Below are positions 46,207 to 55,804 of a DNA stretch of 64,000 nt, piece by piece. The translations under genes were made by a program, and so were the position numbers. Numbering within the stretch: position 1 is the stretch's first letter; each line of letters opens with the position of its first letter. The notes beneath the pieces were generated by a model. That model was not told the origin of the DNA. It did no database searches and saw nothing but the letters and a program-made list of their open reading frames with translations. The stretch is from an uncultured Thermoplasmata archaeon (GTDB lineage: Archaea > Thermoplasmatota > Thermoplasmata > Lutacidiplasmatales > UBA184), in the NCBI GenBank assembly GCA_963797975.1, contig CAWCRH010000002.1, positions 112,524 through 176,523 of the forward strand, in the 5' to 3' direction.

Positions 46207-47316
46207 ATGAAGGCGCGCATCCAGAAGCTCTTCGCTTTGGCGGAGCCGAAACCCGATGTCATTGTGATCGCGAACGCCGTAGACCCCCACTTGGACGGGA
46301 GCTTCTTCTGGCTCTTCGACGTACCAAGCGGGCTGTTCGAACAGTCGGTCGCCGTGGCCCACCCGGACGGGAAGCTGGACGTCTACGCCTCCGTCTTGGA
46401 GGCCGAGTCGGCGCACACGGCGGCCAAGAAGGACCCCAACGTTCGGGTCCACGAGTTCAAGACGCCCGCCGACCTCGAGGGCTCCCTCAAAGAGACCGTG
46501 GGCCCGGCGAAGAAGATCGGGCTCCATTACCCTGAGCTCACCCACGCGAGCTACCTGAGGTTCACCAACACGTTGGCGGGCTGCGAGTTCGTGGACGTGG
46601 GCAACGCGATGCGCAAGGCCCGGGTCACGAAGGACGCCGAGGAGATCGCTCGGCTCAACAAGGCCGCGGAGATCGGCTCCAAGGTCGCCCTCGAGATCCC
46701 CGGATGGCTCAAGGAAGGGCTCGTGGAGCTCGCGCTGGCCACCGAGATGAACTACAGCATGATGCATCACGGTGCGGACGGCCCATCGTTCTCGACGATC
46801 GTGGGCTTCGGTCCGAACAGTGCCGAGCCGCACTATTTCGCCGGAGCACGGCCGCTACGGTCGGGGGACTCCATGGTCTGCGACTTCGGAGCGTACTTTG
46901 GGCGCTACGCGAGCGACATCACTCGCTCGTTCCACTTCGGCCGACGGGACGACGAACTGAAGCGGGTTCACGAGAAGGTCGAAGAGGCGCAGCAGGCCGC
47001 CCTGGCCGTGATCCGGCCCGGCGTGGCTGCCAAGGACGTCCATCTCGCAGCCCAGAAGGTCATCGACGCTTCCCCGTGGAAGGGCCGGTTCACGCACGGT
47101 CTGGGCCATTCGATCGGTCTTCGAGTGCACGACGGCTGGGCGATGAACGAACGGGTTGACGAACCTCTCGAGGAGAACATGGTCATCACTGTCGAACCCG
47201 GGATCTACCTCCCCGGCCACGGAGGGGTTCGCATTGAGGACGATGTGGTCGTCACTTCCTCGGGGTACCGCTTCCTGACGACGGCGCCCCGGGGCTACAT
47301 CGAGGTTCCGGTGTGA
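46207..47316 (+). CDS. Xaa-Pro aminopeptidase/dipeptidase (M24B)
   Basis: Metal ligands in HGLGHSIGLRVHDG and ITVEPGIY..GGVRIEDDVVV. Confidence 0.85.
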   Translation: MKARIQKLFALAEPKPDVIVIANAVDPHLDGSFFWLFDVPSGLFEQSVAVAHPDGKLDVYASVLEAESAHTAAKKDPNVRVHEFKTPADLEGSLKETVGPAKKIGLHYPELTHASYLRFTNTLAGCEFVDVGNAMRKARVTKDAEEIARLNKAAEIGSKVALEIPGWLKEGLVELALATEMNYSMMHHGADGPSFSTIVGFGPNSAEPHYFAGARPLRSGDSMVCDFGAYFGRYASDITRSFHFGRRDDELKRVHEKVEEAQQAALAVIRPGVAAKDVHLAAQKVIDASPWKGRFTHGLGHSIGLRVHDGWAMNERVDEPLEENMVITVEPGIYLPGHGGVRIEDDVVVTSSGYRFLTTAPRGYIEVPV

Positions 47317-48335
47317 AGTTCGGCGTACTGACCGGTGGGGGAGATTGCTCCGGCCTCAACGCTGCGATCCGCGGCGTCGTTCTGCGGGCCTCCCAGAAGG
47401 GACACGTCACGTTGGGGTTCCTGGATGGATGGAAGGGGGTCCGTGACGACCTCGCCCGACCGCTCGACGTCGAGGAGGTCCGCGGGATCGTGGGGATGGG
47501 AGGGACGATCCTCGGGACTTCACGGACGAACCCGTTCAAGGTTGACGCCGACGCGAAGAAGGTGACGGGGACCCTTGCTCGCCATGGGGTCGATGCCCTC
47601 ATCGCGATCGGGGGGGACGATACGCTGACCGCGGCCCGTGAACTTCATCGACGCGGTGGCAGAGTAGTCGGTGTCCCGAAGACGATGGATAACGACGTCT
47701 CGGCCACCGACTACACGTTCGGATTCGATTCGGCCTCGACCGTGGCGGTGGACGCGCTCGAGCGCCTTCGCGACACCGCCCGCAGCCATCACCGAGTCAT
47801 CGTGCTGGAGGTGATGGGCCGCAGCGCGGGTTGGGTGGCCGCCGCCACCGGGATCGGAGGCGGTGCCGATCTGACGCTGGTCCCGGAGGAGGCGTGGGAC
47901 GAGGCGAAACTGATGGCGTCGGTGAAGAAGGCCGTCACGGCCCGGGGCTACGCCCTTGTGGTCACGAGCGAGGCGGTCGACCTCGGCCTACCGACGGGGG
48001 ATCAGGCGGCGCGCGACCAGTTCGGCCACGAGCTCCTGCGCGAACGAGGGGTCGGAGCGGCGATCGCGAGCCGCATCGAACAGCGCCTGGGAGTAGAGAC
48101 CCGCTCGGCCCAGATCGGGCACATTCAACGGGGGGGACCGCCCACGCTCTTCGACCGCCTGCTCGCCTCGCGTCTGGGGGTCTACGCAGTCGACATGGCC
48201 CTCGAAGGGCGCTGGGGAGAGGTAGCCGTCTCCCGGGGTGGGAGGATCATCGGGGTGTCGCTCGATGAGGCCATCGGCACGACCAAGCGCGTGAGCGCGG
48301 ATTGGCTCGACCTCATGCACGCCCTGGAGTCCTAG
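47313..48335 (+). CDS. 6-phosphofructokinase, PfkA family, predicted PPi-dependent
   Basis: GGGDCSGLNAAIRG, IGGDDTL, PKTMDND and MGRSAGW. The Asp in GGDD and Lys in PKT are the PPi-type signature. GTGA overlap with the upstream gene. Confidence 0.88.
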   Translation: MKFGVLTGGGDCSGLNAAIRGVVLRASQKGHVTLGFLDGWKGVRDDLARPLDVEEVRGIVGMGGTILGTSRTNPFKVDADAKKVTGTLARHGVDALIAIGGDDTLTAARELHRRGGRVVGVPKTMDNDVSATDYTFGFDSASTVAVDALERLRDTARSHHRVIVLEVMGRSAGWVAAATGIGGGADLTLVPEEAWDEAKLMASVKKAVTARGYALVVTSEAVDLGLPTGDQAARDQFGHELLRERGVGAAIASRIEQRLGVETRSAQIGHIQRGGPPTLFDRLLASRLGVYAVDMALEGRWGEVAVSRGGRIIGVSLDEAIGTTKRVSADWLDLMHALES

Positions 48336-48347
48336 GCGGTCGCTGCC

Positions 48348-49376
48348 ATGCCCGTGCGCGCGCTGTGGTACGGCCACCACACTCTCTCCCTCATCGACCA
48401 GCGCGCATTGCCGGCCCGTCTGACCGTGTTGAGGCTACGCCGTGTCAACGAGGTCGCGGATTCTATCCGCACGATGGTCGTTCGGGGCGCCCCGGCCATC
48501 GGGGTCGCCGCGGCCTACGGAATGGCGCTCGCGTCGCGCGAGCCCGGCCAGACCCCGGCTCGCGCCGCGAAGGTTCTTCGCTCCACCCGACCCACCGCCG
48601 TTGACCTCTTCGTCGGGATCGAGGCCGTTCGCTCGGCGTGGGCGCGCGGCGAGGACCCGGAGAAGGCCGCGGACGCCTACCGGCAGGACGTGGTCGAGGA
48701 GTGCCGCCAGATCGGGCTTGCCGGCGCTCCTCTCCTCCCTCGCGGCGCACGCATTCTGACTCACTGCAACGCCGGCGCCCTTGCGACGGTCCAGTGGGGA
48801 ACCGCCCTCGCGCCGATCCGGGTCGCGTCCGAACGCGGTCGTCGCCCCTTTGTCTACGTGGATGAAACGCGCCCGCTCCTTCAGGGGGCGCGCCTCACGG
48901 CATGGGAGCTGGCCCGAGAGGGAATCGCGTACACGGTGATCGCCGACAACGCCGCCGGCTACTTCCTGAAGCGGGGGGACGTCGATGTGGTCATCGTCGG
49001 CGCCGACCGCATCGCGCGGAACGGCGACTTCGCGAACAAGATCGGGACCTACGAGAAGGCCGTCGTGGCCCGGGAGAATGGGATTCCCTTCTACGTCGCT
49101 GCGCCCTGGACCACGTTCGACTTCGCTCGTCGCTCGGGCGACGCAATTCCCGTGGAGGAGCGATCGCCCGAGGAGGTCCTGTCGATCGACGGGGTGCGGT
49201 TGGCCCCCCGCGGAAGCTCGGCGGCGAACCCCGCGTTCGACGTGACCCCCGCGCGCTACGTCACCGGCTTCATCACCCCCGCCGGGGTCGTCGCTCCGCG
49301 GTCGGTCGCCCGTCTCGAGCGGTCCTCGACCGCTACGCGACCCACACCGACTCGCCCCGTCCGGAGGACGCGTTGA
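48348..49376 (+). CDS. mtnA: methylthioribose-1-phosphate isomerase (eIF-2B alpha/beta/delta family)
   Basis: LSLIDQRALP and MVVRGAPAIGVAAAYG, followed by GADRIARNGDFANKIGT. Confidence 0.8.
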   Translation: MPVRALWYGHHTLSLIDQRALPARLTVLRLRRVNEVADSIRTMVVRGAPAIGVAAAYGMALASREPGQTPARAAKVLRSTRPTAVDLFVGIEAVRSAWARGEDPEKAADAYRQDVVEECRQIGLAGAPLLPRGARILTHCNAGALATVQWGTALAPIRVASERGRRPFVYVDETRPLLQGARLTAWELAREGIAYTVIADNAAGYFLKRGDVDVVIVGADRIARNGDFANKIGTYEKAVVARENGIPFYVAAPWTTFDFARRSGDAIPVEERSPEEVLSIDGVRLAPRGSSAANPAFDVTPARYVTGFITPAGVVAPRSVARLERSSTATRPTPTRPVRRTR

Positions 49377-49398
49377 GGTCCCTGGCTGAGGTGCGAGT

Positions 49399-50136
49399 AT
49401 GACCCCGGTGCGGCCGGCCAGCGTGGCGGCCGCAACCGCCAGCGAGGGGCATCCCACGCCGGGCCTTCTCTCGGACTTCATTCTCGGGAGCCAAGACGGA
49501 TTGGTCAACGTTCTCGGTGTTCTGCTCGGGTTGGTGAGCGCGGGGCAGAACCGCTCCGTCGTCTTGGTGGCTACGTTCGCGGCGCTTGCGGCGGAGACGA
49601 TCTCGATGGCGGCCGTCGCGTACACATCGACCCGAGCGCGCCGGTCGTTCTACTTGGCCGAGGCGAAACGGGAGGAGTGGGAGATGAAGAACCTCCCAGC
49701 CGCGGAACGACAGGAGGTCAACGATATCTTATCGCAATGGGGGTTCGAGGGCGAGGAGAAGAGCCGCCTCCTCGACCAGATCGTAGCCAAGCCGAAGGCG
49801 ATGCTCGACCTGATGATGGCCTTCGAACTCCATCTCGCCCCGGTCTCGGAGGACCAGCCTCGGCGCAGCTTCTATATCGTAGGCGTCGCGACGGTCGTCG
49901 GTTCGATCATCCCGATCCTTCCCTTCCTCCTCACGACCAACGTCGACACCGCGGCCATCGCCTCGGTCATCCTGGCGGCGATCGTGCTGTTCACGGTCGG
50001 GTGGTATGAGGCCCGCGCCACGGTCGGCTCGGTCTGGAGGAGCGGGGTGCGGATGTTGGTGATCGGTCTCGCCGCGGGCTTCGCCGGCTTTGTCGTGGGA
50101 ATCCTGATCAGCACGTTTGCGGGCGGTGGGCTATAG
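49399..50136 (+). CDS. VIT1/CCC1-family iron/manganese transporter
   Basis: DFILGSQDGLVNVLGVLLG, a central acidic helix region and a C-terminal TM bundle. Confidence 0.8.
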   Translation: MTPVRPASVAAATASEGHPTPGLLSDFILGSQDGLVNVLGVLLGLVSAGQNRSVVLVATFAALAAETISMAAVAYTSTRARRSFYLAEAKREEWEMKNLPAAERQEVNDILSQWGFEGEEKSRLLDQIVAKPKAMLDLMMAFELHLAPVSEDQPRRSFYIVGVATVVGSIIPILPFLLTTNVDTAAIASVILAAIVLFTVGWYEARATVGSVWRSGVRMLVIGLAAGFAGFVVGILISTFAGGGL

Positions 50137-50160
50137 GCCCACCCGGGGCGCGAATGGGTC

Positions 50161-50379
50161 TTACGTGCTTCGGCGCGAGCGCTTGCCGCTGGGAGGGGTC
50201 TCCCGCATGTGGATCCGCACGGTGACGGTGCCCGAGAGCCTGATCGACTCGTGGATGAAGGGGAACTCCACCTGGAGGGCGTCCAGCTGGAGCACGAGTT
50301 CGCCCTGCCGGTCGGTCAATGCCTGGATCGCGTCCTCAAAGACGTTGGTCATCATTCCCGGTGGTGAGTGCTCGGCCAT
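50161..50379 (-). CDS. possible small protein (72 aa) with its own leaderless-type promoter
   Basis: MAEHSPPGMMTNVFEDAIQALTDRQGELVLQLDALQVEFPFIHESIRLSGTVTVRIHMRE... ATG 50379 lies about 29 nt downstream of TAAGATTTAC. No family recognised. Confidence 0.4.
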   Translation of the reverse strand: MAEHSPPGMMTNVFEDAIQALTDRQGELVLQLDALQVEFPFIHESIRLSGTVTVRIHMRETPPSGKRSRRST

Positions 50380-50403
50380 GCCGGGCGATAGGCCGCTACC
50401 CAT

Positions 50404-50413
50404 GTAAATCTTA
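50404..50413 (-). promoter_or_regulatory. TATA-like box (TAAGATTTAC on minus strand)
   Basis: AT-rich decamer about 29 nt upstream of ATG 50379. Confidence 0.4.
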
Positions 50414-50455
50414 GGCCCGCTAGCCGCGGAGCGTCGCGGCCGCAATCGTAGCCCT

Positions 50456-51334
50456 TCACGGTCGAGGAACGGCTCGACGGGGAGCAGCGGGCGCTCCCAT
50501 CGGGCGTAAGGTTCCACCCCGAGCATGTCGGAGAGGAGCCACTCGACCTCGTAGGCATAGAGGAGGCGGGAGCCAACGCCCTCGAGGAGGCGGGCGAGTC
50601 GGAGCGACGATCGGGGGGAGAGCGACCAGTACCCGGGGGGCTCGCCCCAGGGCGGCCCACATACGATCCGTAAGCTCTCGGTAACAGTAGCGACGAGGTC
50701 CGCCCAGCACCAACGAGCGCGAGCCCGGGAGGCCCATCTCAAAGCGCAGGATGGCTGCGAGGTCGGCGCTCGCGAGAGGACTCACGTGATAATCTCCCTT
50801 CCCGAACATCGGAAACCGGTGGTAGCGCTCCATCCCTCGCAACATGACGGTCAAGAGGCGGTCGTTAGGCCCAAAGAGCATCGTGGGCCGCAAGACGAGG
50901 AAGGGAAGGGGACTCCGTTCCACGGCTTGGTCGACCTCTCGCTTGAAGGAGAGGTAGGGAAGGTCCCGCTCCATCGACGCAGGGGCGTCCGGTACACTGA
51001 TGTGGACGAAGCGCGCCACGGAAGCGCTCTCGGCAGCGCGGAGGAGCCGTAGAAGGCCGTCCTTGAGTGGGCGGAACCGGCGCGCAGAGCCTGACCGTAG
51101 CCACGCAACGTTCAGCACGACATCGATGTCGCGGAGGATCGGAGCCCAGTCGTTGACAGAGCCAACATCGGCCGCAACCCATTCGACGCCGGCCTCCGCT
51201 TCACCGGGCGCGGCGTGAGGGTGAACGGAGCGGATCGACCAATCTCCTCCGAATTCCCGCAGGATCGCGCGTCCCACGAGGCCCCCTCCGCCCCCGACCA
51301 GGAGCATTCGTCCGGAGGGCTTGGGGGCGCTCAT
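50456..51334 (-). pseudogene. NAD(P)-binding Rossmann-fold protein (atypical SDR/NmrA-like), frame broken at the G6 run 50613-50618
   Basis: The LLVGGGGGLVGRA dinucleotide loop follows ATG 51334, which overlaps the lipB stop as ATGA. The protein-like C-terminus (RSSLRLARLLEGVGSRLLYAYEVEWLL) continues in the frame of ORF 50161..50742. Confidence 0.65.
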
Positions 51335-51977
51335 GCGGGGACGATAACGACGGGGCCCTGGCGCGGCGTCTGCGGCGCGTCGAGCCAGCGGCGAGAGAGG
51401 ACCGGCTTCACCTCGGCGAGAGCCACCGGGCGACCCAGCTCGCGCGCCATGGACGTCATGACCCGGCCCTCGAACCCGCACGGGTGGATGCTCTCGAATG
51501 GAGAAAGGTCCATATCGACGTTCAGAGCGAACCCGTGGAACGTTACCCAGTCCTGGACGGCGATCCCGATGGACGCGATCTTCCGGCGGGAGCCGACCCA
51601 CACCCCGCGCCGTCCCGAGATGTGTTCGCCCGTTAGGCCGAAGGCGCCGAGCGTGTCGATGACGACGCTCTCGGTCGCATGCACGAAGCCTCGTACGTCG
51701 CATCCTCCCGGGCGTAGGTCGACGATAGGGTATCCGACGAGCTGGCCCGGCCCGTGGTACGTACTTTTCCCCCACGCTCGACCGCAACGACGGGCAGGCC
51801 CGAAATCGCCGCGCTTCCGTCATCGCCCTCGACCCCCACCGTGACCACCGGTGGGTGCTCGACGAGGACCAGGGTGTCCCCCACCTTCCCCGCGTGTCGA
51901 TCCGCCCGCAACGCGCGCATGGCCTCGAGCGACTCGGGGTAGGGTCGCAGTCCCCAGTCAATCACGCTTCGCGTCAC
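51331..51977 (-). pseudogene. lipB: lipoyl(octanoyl) transferase, reading frame broken near 51762
   Basis: The conserved motif ERGGK-VTYHGPGQLVGYP is split. ERGGKV lies in ORF 51633..51977 and TYHGPGQL..KIASIGIAV lies in the frame of ORF 51331..51684. One nucleotide is missing after AAAGT. Confidence 0.85.
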
Positions 51978-53400
51978 GAGCCCTCCGCGTCACGTGCATG
52001 GGTTCGTCCAGCCAGAGCAGCGCCGCCTCCGCGAGCGCTTCCGCGAAGGTCGGGTGGGGGTGGATCGTAGCCGCGATGTCGCGCACGGTGGCTCCCATCT
52101 CGATGGCGAGCGCCCCCTCGCTGATGAACTCCCCAGCCGCGACCCCCGCGGCCTGGATCCCTAGGACGAGAGCCGACGTGTCATCCCCCACGACCTTGAC
52201 CCAGCCGGCGGCCGCGTGGTTCGCGTGGGCTCGGCCCAGCGCCATGAACGGAAACCGCGCCTCCCGCGCGGAGAACCCCCGCGCCGTCGCCTCGCCGAGA
52301 GTCAGCCCGACCGAGGCGAGCTCGGGCTCGGTGAACACGACGGAGGGAATGGTCTGAAAGTCGAAACGCGTCGGGCGACCGGCGATCGCTTCGGCCGCGA
52401 CGATCCCCTCGCGGTAGGCTTTGTGCGCGAGCATCGGGGGCCGGGTCACATCCCCGGCGGCGTAGATGTGTTCGACGTTCGTCCGCATTTGGTCGTTCGT
52501 GGGAATGAAGCCGGTCTTGGCATCGACCTGGACGCCGGCCTCCTCGAGGCCGAGCGACCCGGTGTCGGCCCTCTTACCGATCGTCACGAAGAGCATCTCC
52601 GCCGACAACGCCTCGGACCTCCCCTCCGCCTTCACCGTCACGGTAATGCTCTCCTTGGCCCGGTCGAGCTTCACCGCCTTCGTCGACGTCAGCACGCGGA
52701 CCCCCATCTTCTCCAGAGTGCGTGTGAGTTCCCGGGAAAGGTCGGTGTCCATCCCCGGCAAGAGCTGGGAGAGCATTTCGACGATCGTCACGCGCACGCC
52801 GACCCGGGCGAGGAACTCCCCCAACTCGCACCCGCTGACCCCGCCTCCGAGTACGAGCATCGAGGCCGGCAGGCGTGGGAGGTCCAGTAGCTGCCATGCG
52901 TTCACCACCCGCACGCCGTCCGTCTCGAATCCTCGCAGCTCGATGGGGATCGCTCCGCTTGCGATGACGGCGGCCGAGAAGTCGATCCGCTCCTGTCCCC
53001 CGTCCGCGGCCGCAAGCTGCGCAGAGCGCGGTCCGCTGAATCGTGCGGCCCCCTTGAGAACGGAAACGCCCGCGGACCGCAGCAACGACTGCACCCCGAT
53101 GCGTTCTTTCTCCACGACGGAATTCTTCCATCGCATCGCCGCGGCGAGGTCGAACGACGTATCGGTCGCGCGCACGCCGATCTCGGCGCCTTCCGTCCGC
53201 AGGTGGTAGAGGAGCTCCGAGGCGTGAATCAGGGCCTTAGAAGGGATGCATCCTCGGTTGAGGCACTCGCCGCCGAGCTCGCCACGTTCGACGAGCAGCA
53301 CCTTCTTCCCGAGCTGGCCGGCACGGATCGCCGCCATGTAACCGGCAGGACCGCCGCCGATCACCAGGACCTCGGTCGACCGCGCGTAGGTTCCGGCCAT
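51958..53400 (-). CDS. lpdA: dihydrolipoyl dehydrogenase (E3)
   Basis: GGGPAGYMAAIRAGQLG and the redox disulfide GGECLNRGCIPSK. 480 aa. Confidence 0.92.
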   Translation of the reverse strand: MAGTYARSTEVLVIGGGPAGYMAAIRAGQLGKKVLLVERGELGGECLNRGCIPSKALIHASELLYHLRTEGAEIGVRATDTSFDLAAAMRWKNSVVEKERIGVQSLLRSAGVSVLKGAARFSGPRSAQLAAADGGQERIDFSAAVIASGAIPIELRGFETDGVRVVNAWQLLDLPRLPASMLVLGGGVSGCELGEFLARVGVRVTIVEMLSQLLPGMDTDLSRELTRTLEKMGVRVLTSTKAVKLDRAKESITVTVKAEGRSEALSAEMLFVTIGKRADTGSLGLEEAGVQVDAKTGFIPTNDQMRTNVEHIYAAGDVTRPPMLAHKAYREGIVAAEAIAGRPTRFDFQTIPSVVFTEPELASVGLTLGEATARGFSAREARFPFMALGRAHANHAAAGWVKVVGDDTSALVLGIQAAGVAAGEFISEGALAIEMGATVRDIAATIHPHPTFAEALAEAALLWLDEPMHVTRRARDAKRD

Positions 53401-53403
53401 CGG

Positions 53404-54474
53404 TCACTCCCCCGTCCGATCGCGACCGAGGTCGGCGGGAAGGGAAAGCGGTTGCGCGTAGATGTCCTCCATCAAGGATGCCGGCGGAGGGGGCGGTGTC
53501 GATTCCGCTGCCTCCACCGCCGCTCGGATCGAGGTGTCTATGCGGGTCTCCATCGCCGCCCGCGCCGAGCGGTCGAGCCAGCCGGCGTTCTCGAGCCAAA
53601 GGGCGACCCGCGTTAGCGGGTCGCGCGCGACGGCGCGCTCCATCCAGCCGGCGGGCTGGTAGCGGCTCGGGTCGTCCGAGGTCGAGTGGGGGGTCATCCG
53701 GAAGAGCTCGAACTCGAGGAGGCGCGGGCCCCGGTTCTGGCGCGCCGCTTCCAACGCCTCGCCGAGCGCGCTCCAGACCTGGAAGAGGTCGGTCCCGTCC
53801 ACACGAAAGCCTTCGAACCCGTAGGCGCGAGCTTTTACTGCAAGGGACGGGGCCGCGCTCTGCCGGCTGACGGGGACGGAGATGGCCCACTGGTTGTTCG
53901 CACAGCAAAAGAGGACGGGGAGCTCGCGCACCCCGGCCCAGTTCATCGCGGCGTGAAAATCATTCGAACTCGTCGCCCCGTCTCCGAAAAAGGCGAGGGC
54001 GACTCCGGGGGCATGACGGTGACGCAGTGCGGCCGCTACTCCGACCGCGTGCGAGATCTGCGTCCCGATCACCGACGACATCGAGACGTAGCCGACCTCC
54101 CGAGCGCTCGGATGGCAAGGCAGCTGACGACCGCGGGATGGGTCGAGGTCCGTAGCGAACAAGTGGTGCACGTAGCGCGACAGCGGATGACCGCGGACGA
54201 GCGCGACCAATTGCTCGCGCAACCCCGGAAAGATCCAGTCCTCGGGCCGAGTGAGCAGGCCCGCGGCGACGTTGAGCGACTCATGCCCGGTGGTCGCCCC
54301 GTAGAACCCCACGCGGCCCTGACGCTGGAGGGCGGTCATCCGCCCATCCAGAGTCCGACCAAGGAGCATCCACTCGTAGGCCGAGAGCAACGTCCTTTGG
54401 GCATCCGGGCCGAAGACCCGGATCGCGTCCTCCGTGGTGTACGGAAGCGGAATTATGGCGACAGCCGAGGTCAT
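53404..54474 (-). CDS. 2-oxoacid dehydrogenase E1 alpha subunit, second divergent copy
   Basis: TPP motif GDGATSSNDFHAAMNWAG..CCANNQWAIS. ATGA overlap with the E2 stop. Confidence 0.85.
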   Translation of the reverse strand: MTSAVAIIPLPYTTEDAIRVFGPDAQRTLLSAYEWMLLGRTLDGRMTALQRQGRVGFYGATTGHESLNVAAGLLTRPEDWIFPGLREQLVALVRGHPLSRYVHHLFATDLDPSRGRQLPCHPSAREVGYVSMSSVIGTQISHAVGVAAALRHRHAPGVALAFFGDGATSSNDFHAAMNWAGVRELPVLFCCANNQWAISVPVSRQSAAPSLAVKARAYGFEGFRVDGTDLFQVWSALGEALEAARQNRGPRLLEFELFRMTPHSTSDDPSRYQPAGWMERAVARDPLTRVALWLENAGWLDRSARAAMETRIDTSIRAAVEAAESTPPPPPASLMEDIYAQPLSLPADLGRDRTGE

Positions 54475-55790
54475 GCCATTTCCGCGAACAGCTGGTGGGG
54501 ATCCTCGAGGTAGGACTTCACGACCGCCAGGAACTGGGCCGCGAGGATTCCGTCCAGCACCCGGTGGTCGACCGAGACCGAGAGGTTCATGAGGTCGGCC
54601 GGGCCGATGGTGCCGTCTGCTCGGTAGACCGGTCGTCGCTGGATCTTGTGGACCCCCAGGATCGCCACCTCGGGGTAGTTGAGGATGGGGGTCGCCATGA
54701 CCCCTCCGAGGGCCCCGAGGCTGCTGATAGTGAACGTGGACCCCATGAGCTCGGTGCGGGTCAGTTTGCCTTCACGGCCCCGCGCCGAAAGGTCCTGGAT
54801 CTCTCGGGCCAGTTGGGCGACGCTTTTCGAGTCGGCGTCGCGGATCACCGGGACGATGAGCCCGTCGGGAGCGGCGGTGGCGATGCCGATGTGGTGGGCG
54901 CTATGGACCCACAGCTCGCCCAGGTCATCGTTCATCGTCGCGTTCATCTGGGGATACTTCCGTAGTCCCGAGATCACGCCACGGATGACGAACGGAAGGT
55001 AGCTCAGTTTCACCCCTTGGGCTTCGAGGTGACGAGCCATCCGCTCTCGAAAACGGGCTAGCTCCGTTGCGTCGACCTCTTCGACATAGGTGAAGTGTGC
55101 GGCCCGATGGATCGCCTCCGTCATGTGGTCGGCGATGACGCGCCGGACGCCGCGGATGGGGATCTTGGTCACGACGTCAGTGCCGGGAGAGGGAACTTGG
55201 GCGGGTGGCCTGGCGCTCTCTTGGTCCGGTTCCGCACGCGGGGAGCCCCGGGCGCGTGCCTCCGCGCCCCGGAGGTCCTCCTCCGTGATACGGCCCGCCG
55301 GGCCGGTTCCGTGGACGTGGGCGAGGTCGACCCCCATCTCGGCCGCCTTGCGTCGCAAGAAGGGTGAGGCAAGCACCCGGCCCTCCGCCTCCGCCGCGAG
55401 GGATGCGCTCGGGGGGGGTGCAGCGCCCCCCGCACTCCGAGCTCCACCGGAGGGAGAGGCGGGCGTCACGGGGGATGGAGGGGCCGCCGGCGACTTTGCG
55501 ACGATGCTCGGGGGTGGAGAAGCCTTGCCCGAGGTAGCTGCCGACCCTTCGCCCGGGGGTTCGATGGTGACAAGCAGCCCTCCGACCTTGACCTTCTCGC
55601 CAACTTGGGCGTGGATCTTGAGGATCTTCCCGCTCTTGGGCGAAGGGATCTCGACGTTGGCCTTGTCGGTGAGGACGCTCACCAACGGGGCGTCCTCCGC
55701 TATCGAGTCCCCCTCGTGGATGAACCACTTCACGACCTCGCCCTCGGCGACGCCTTCCCCGATGTCCGGTAACCGGAATTCGAACGTCAT
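54471..55790 (-). CDS. dihydrolipoamide acyltransferase (E2)
   Basis: Lipoyl domain LPDIGEGVAEGEVVKW..VLTDKANVEIPSP, Ala/Pro linker, subunit-binding domain, and catalytic VSVDHRVLDG. ATG 55790 chosen. Confidence 0.9.
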   Translation of the reverse strand: MTFEFRLPDIGEGVAEGEVVKWFIHEGDSIAEDAPLVSVLTDKANVEIPSPKSGKILKIHAQVGEKVKVGGLLVTIEPPGEGSAATSGKASPPPSIVAKSPAAPPSPVTPASPSGGARSAGGAAPPPSASLAAEAEGRVLASPFLRRKAAEMGVDLAHVHGTGPAGRITEEDLRGAEARARGSPRAEPDQESARPPAQVPSPGTDVVTKIPIRGVRRVIADHMTEAIHRAAHFTYVEEVDATELARFRERMARHLEAQGVKLSYLPFVIRGVISGLRKYPQMNATMNDDLGELWVHSAHHIGIATAAPDGLIVPVIRDADSKSVAQLAREIQDLSARGREGKLTRTELMGSTFTISSLGALGGVMATPILNYPEVAILGVHKIQRRPVYRADGTIGPADLMNLSVSVDHRVLDGILAAQFLAVVKSYLEDPHQLFAEMA

Positions 55791-55804
55791 CTCTTTCTCC
55801 GTGC

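Noticed and set aside
50456-51961. The 501-aa ORF 50456..51961 (-) and the 446-aa ORF 30068..31408 (-), taken at face value as large proteins.
   Set aside because: Only their downstream parts are protein-like: the SDR from ATG 51334 and the KaiC-like protein from GTG 30985. The upstream parts run through lipB and truD in other frames and are Arg-rich nonsense.
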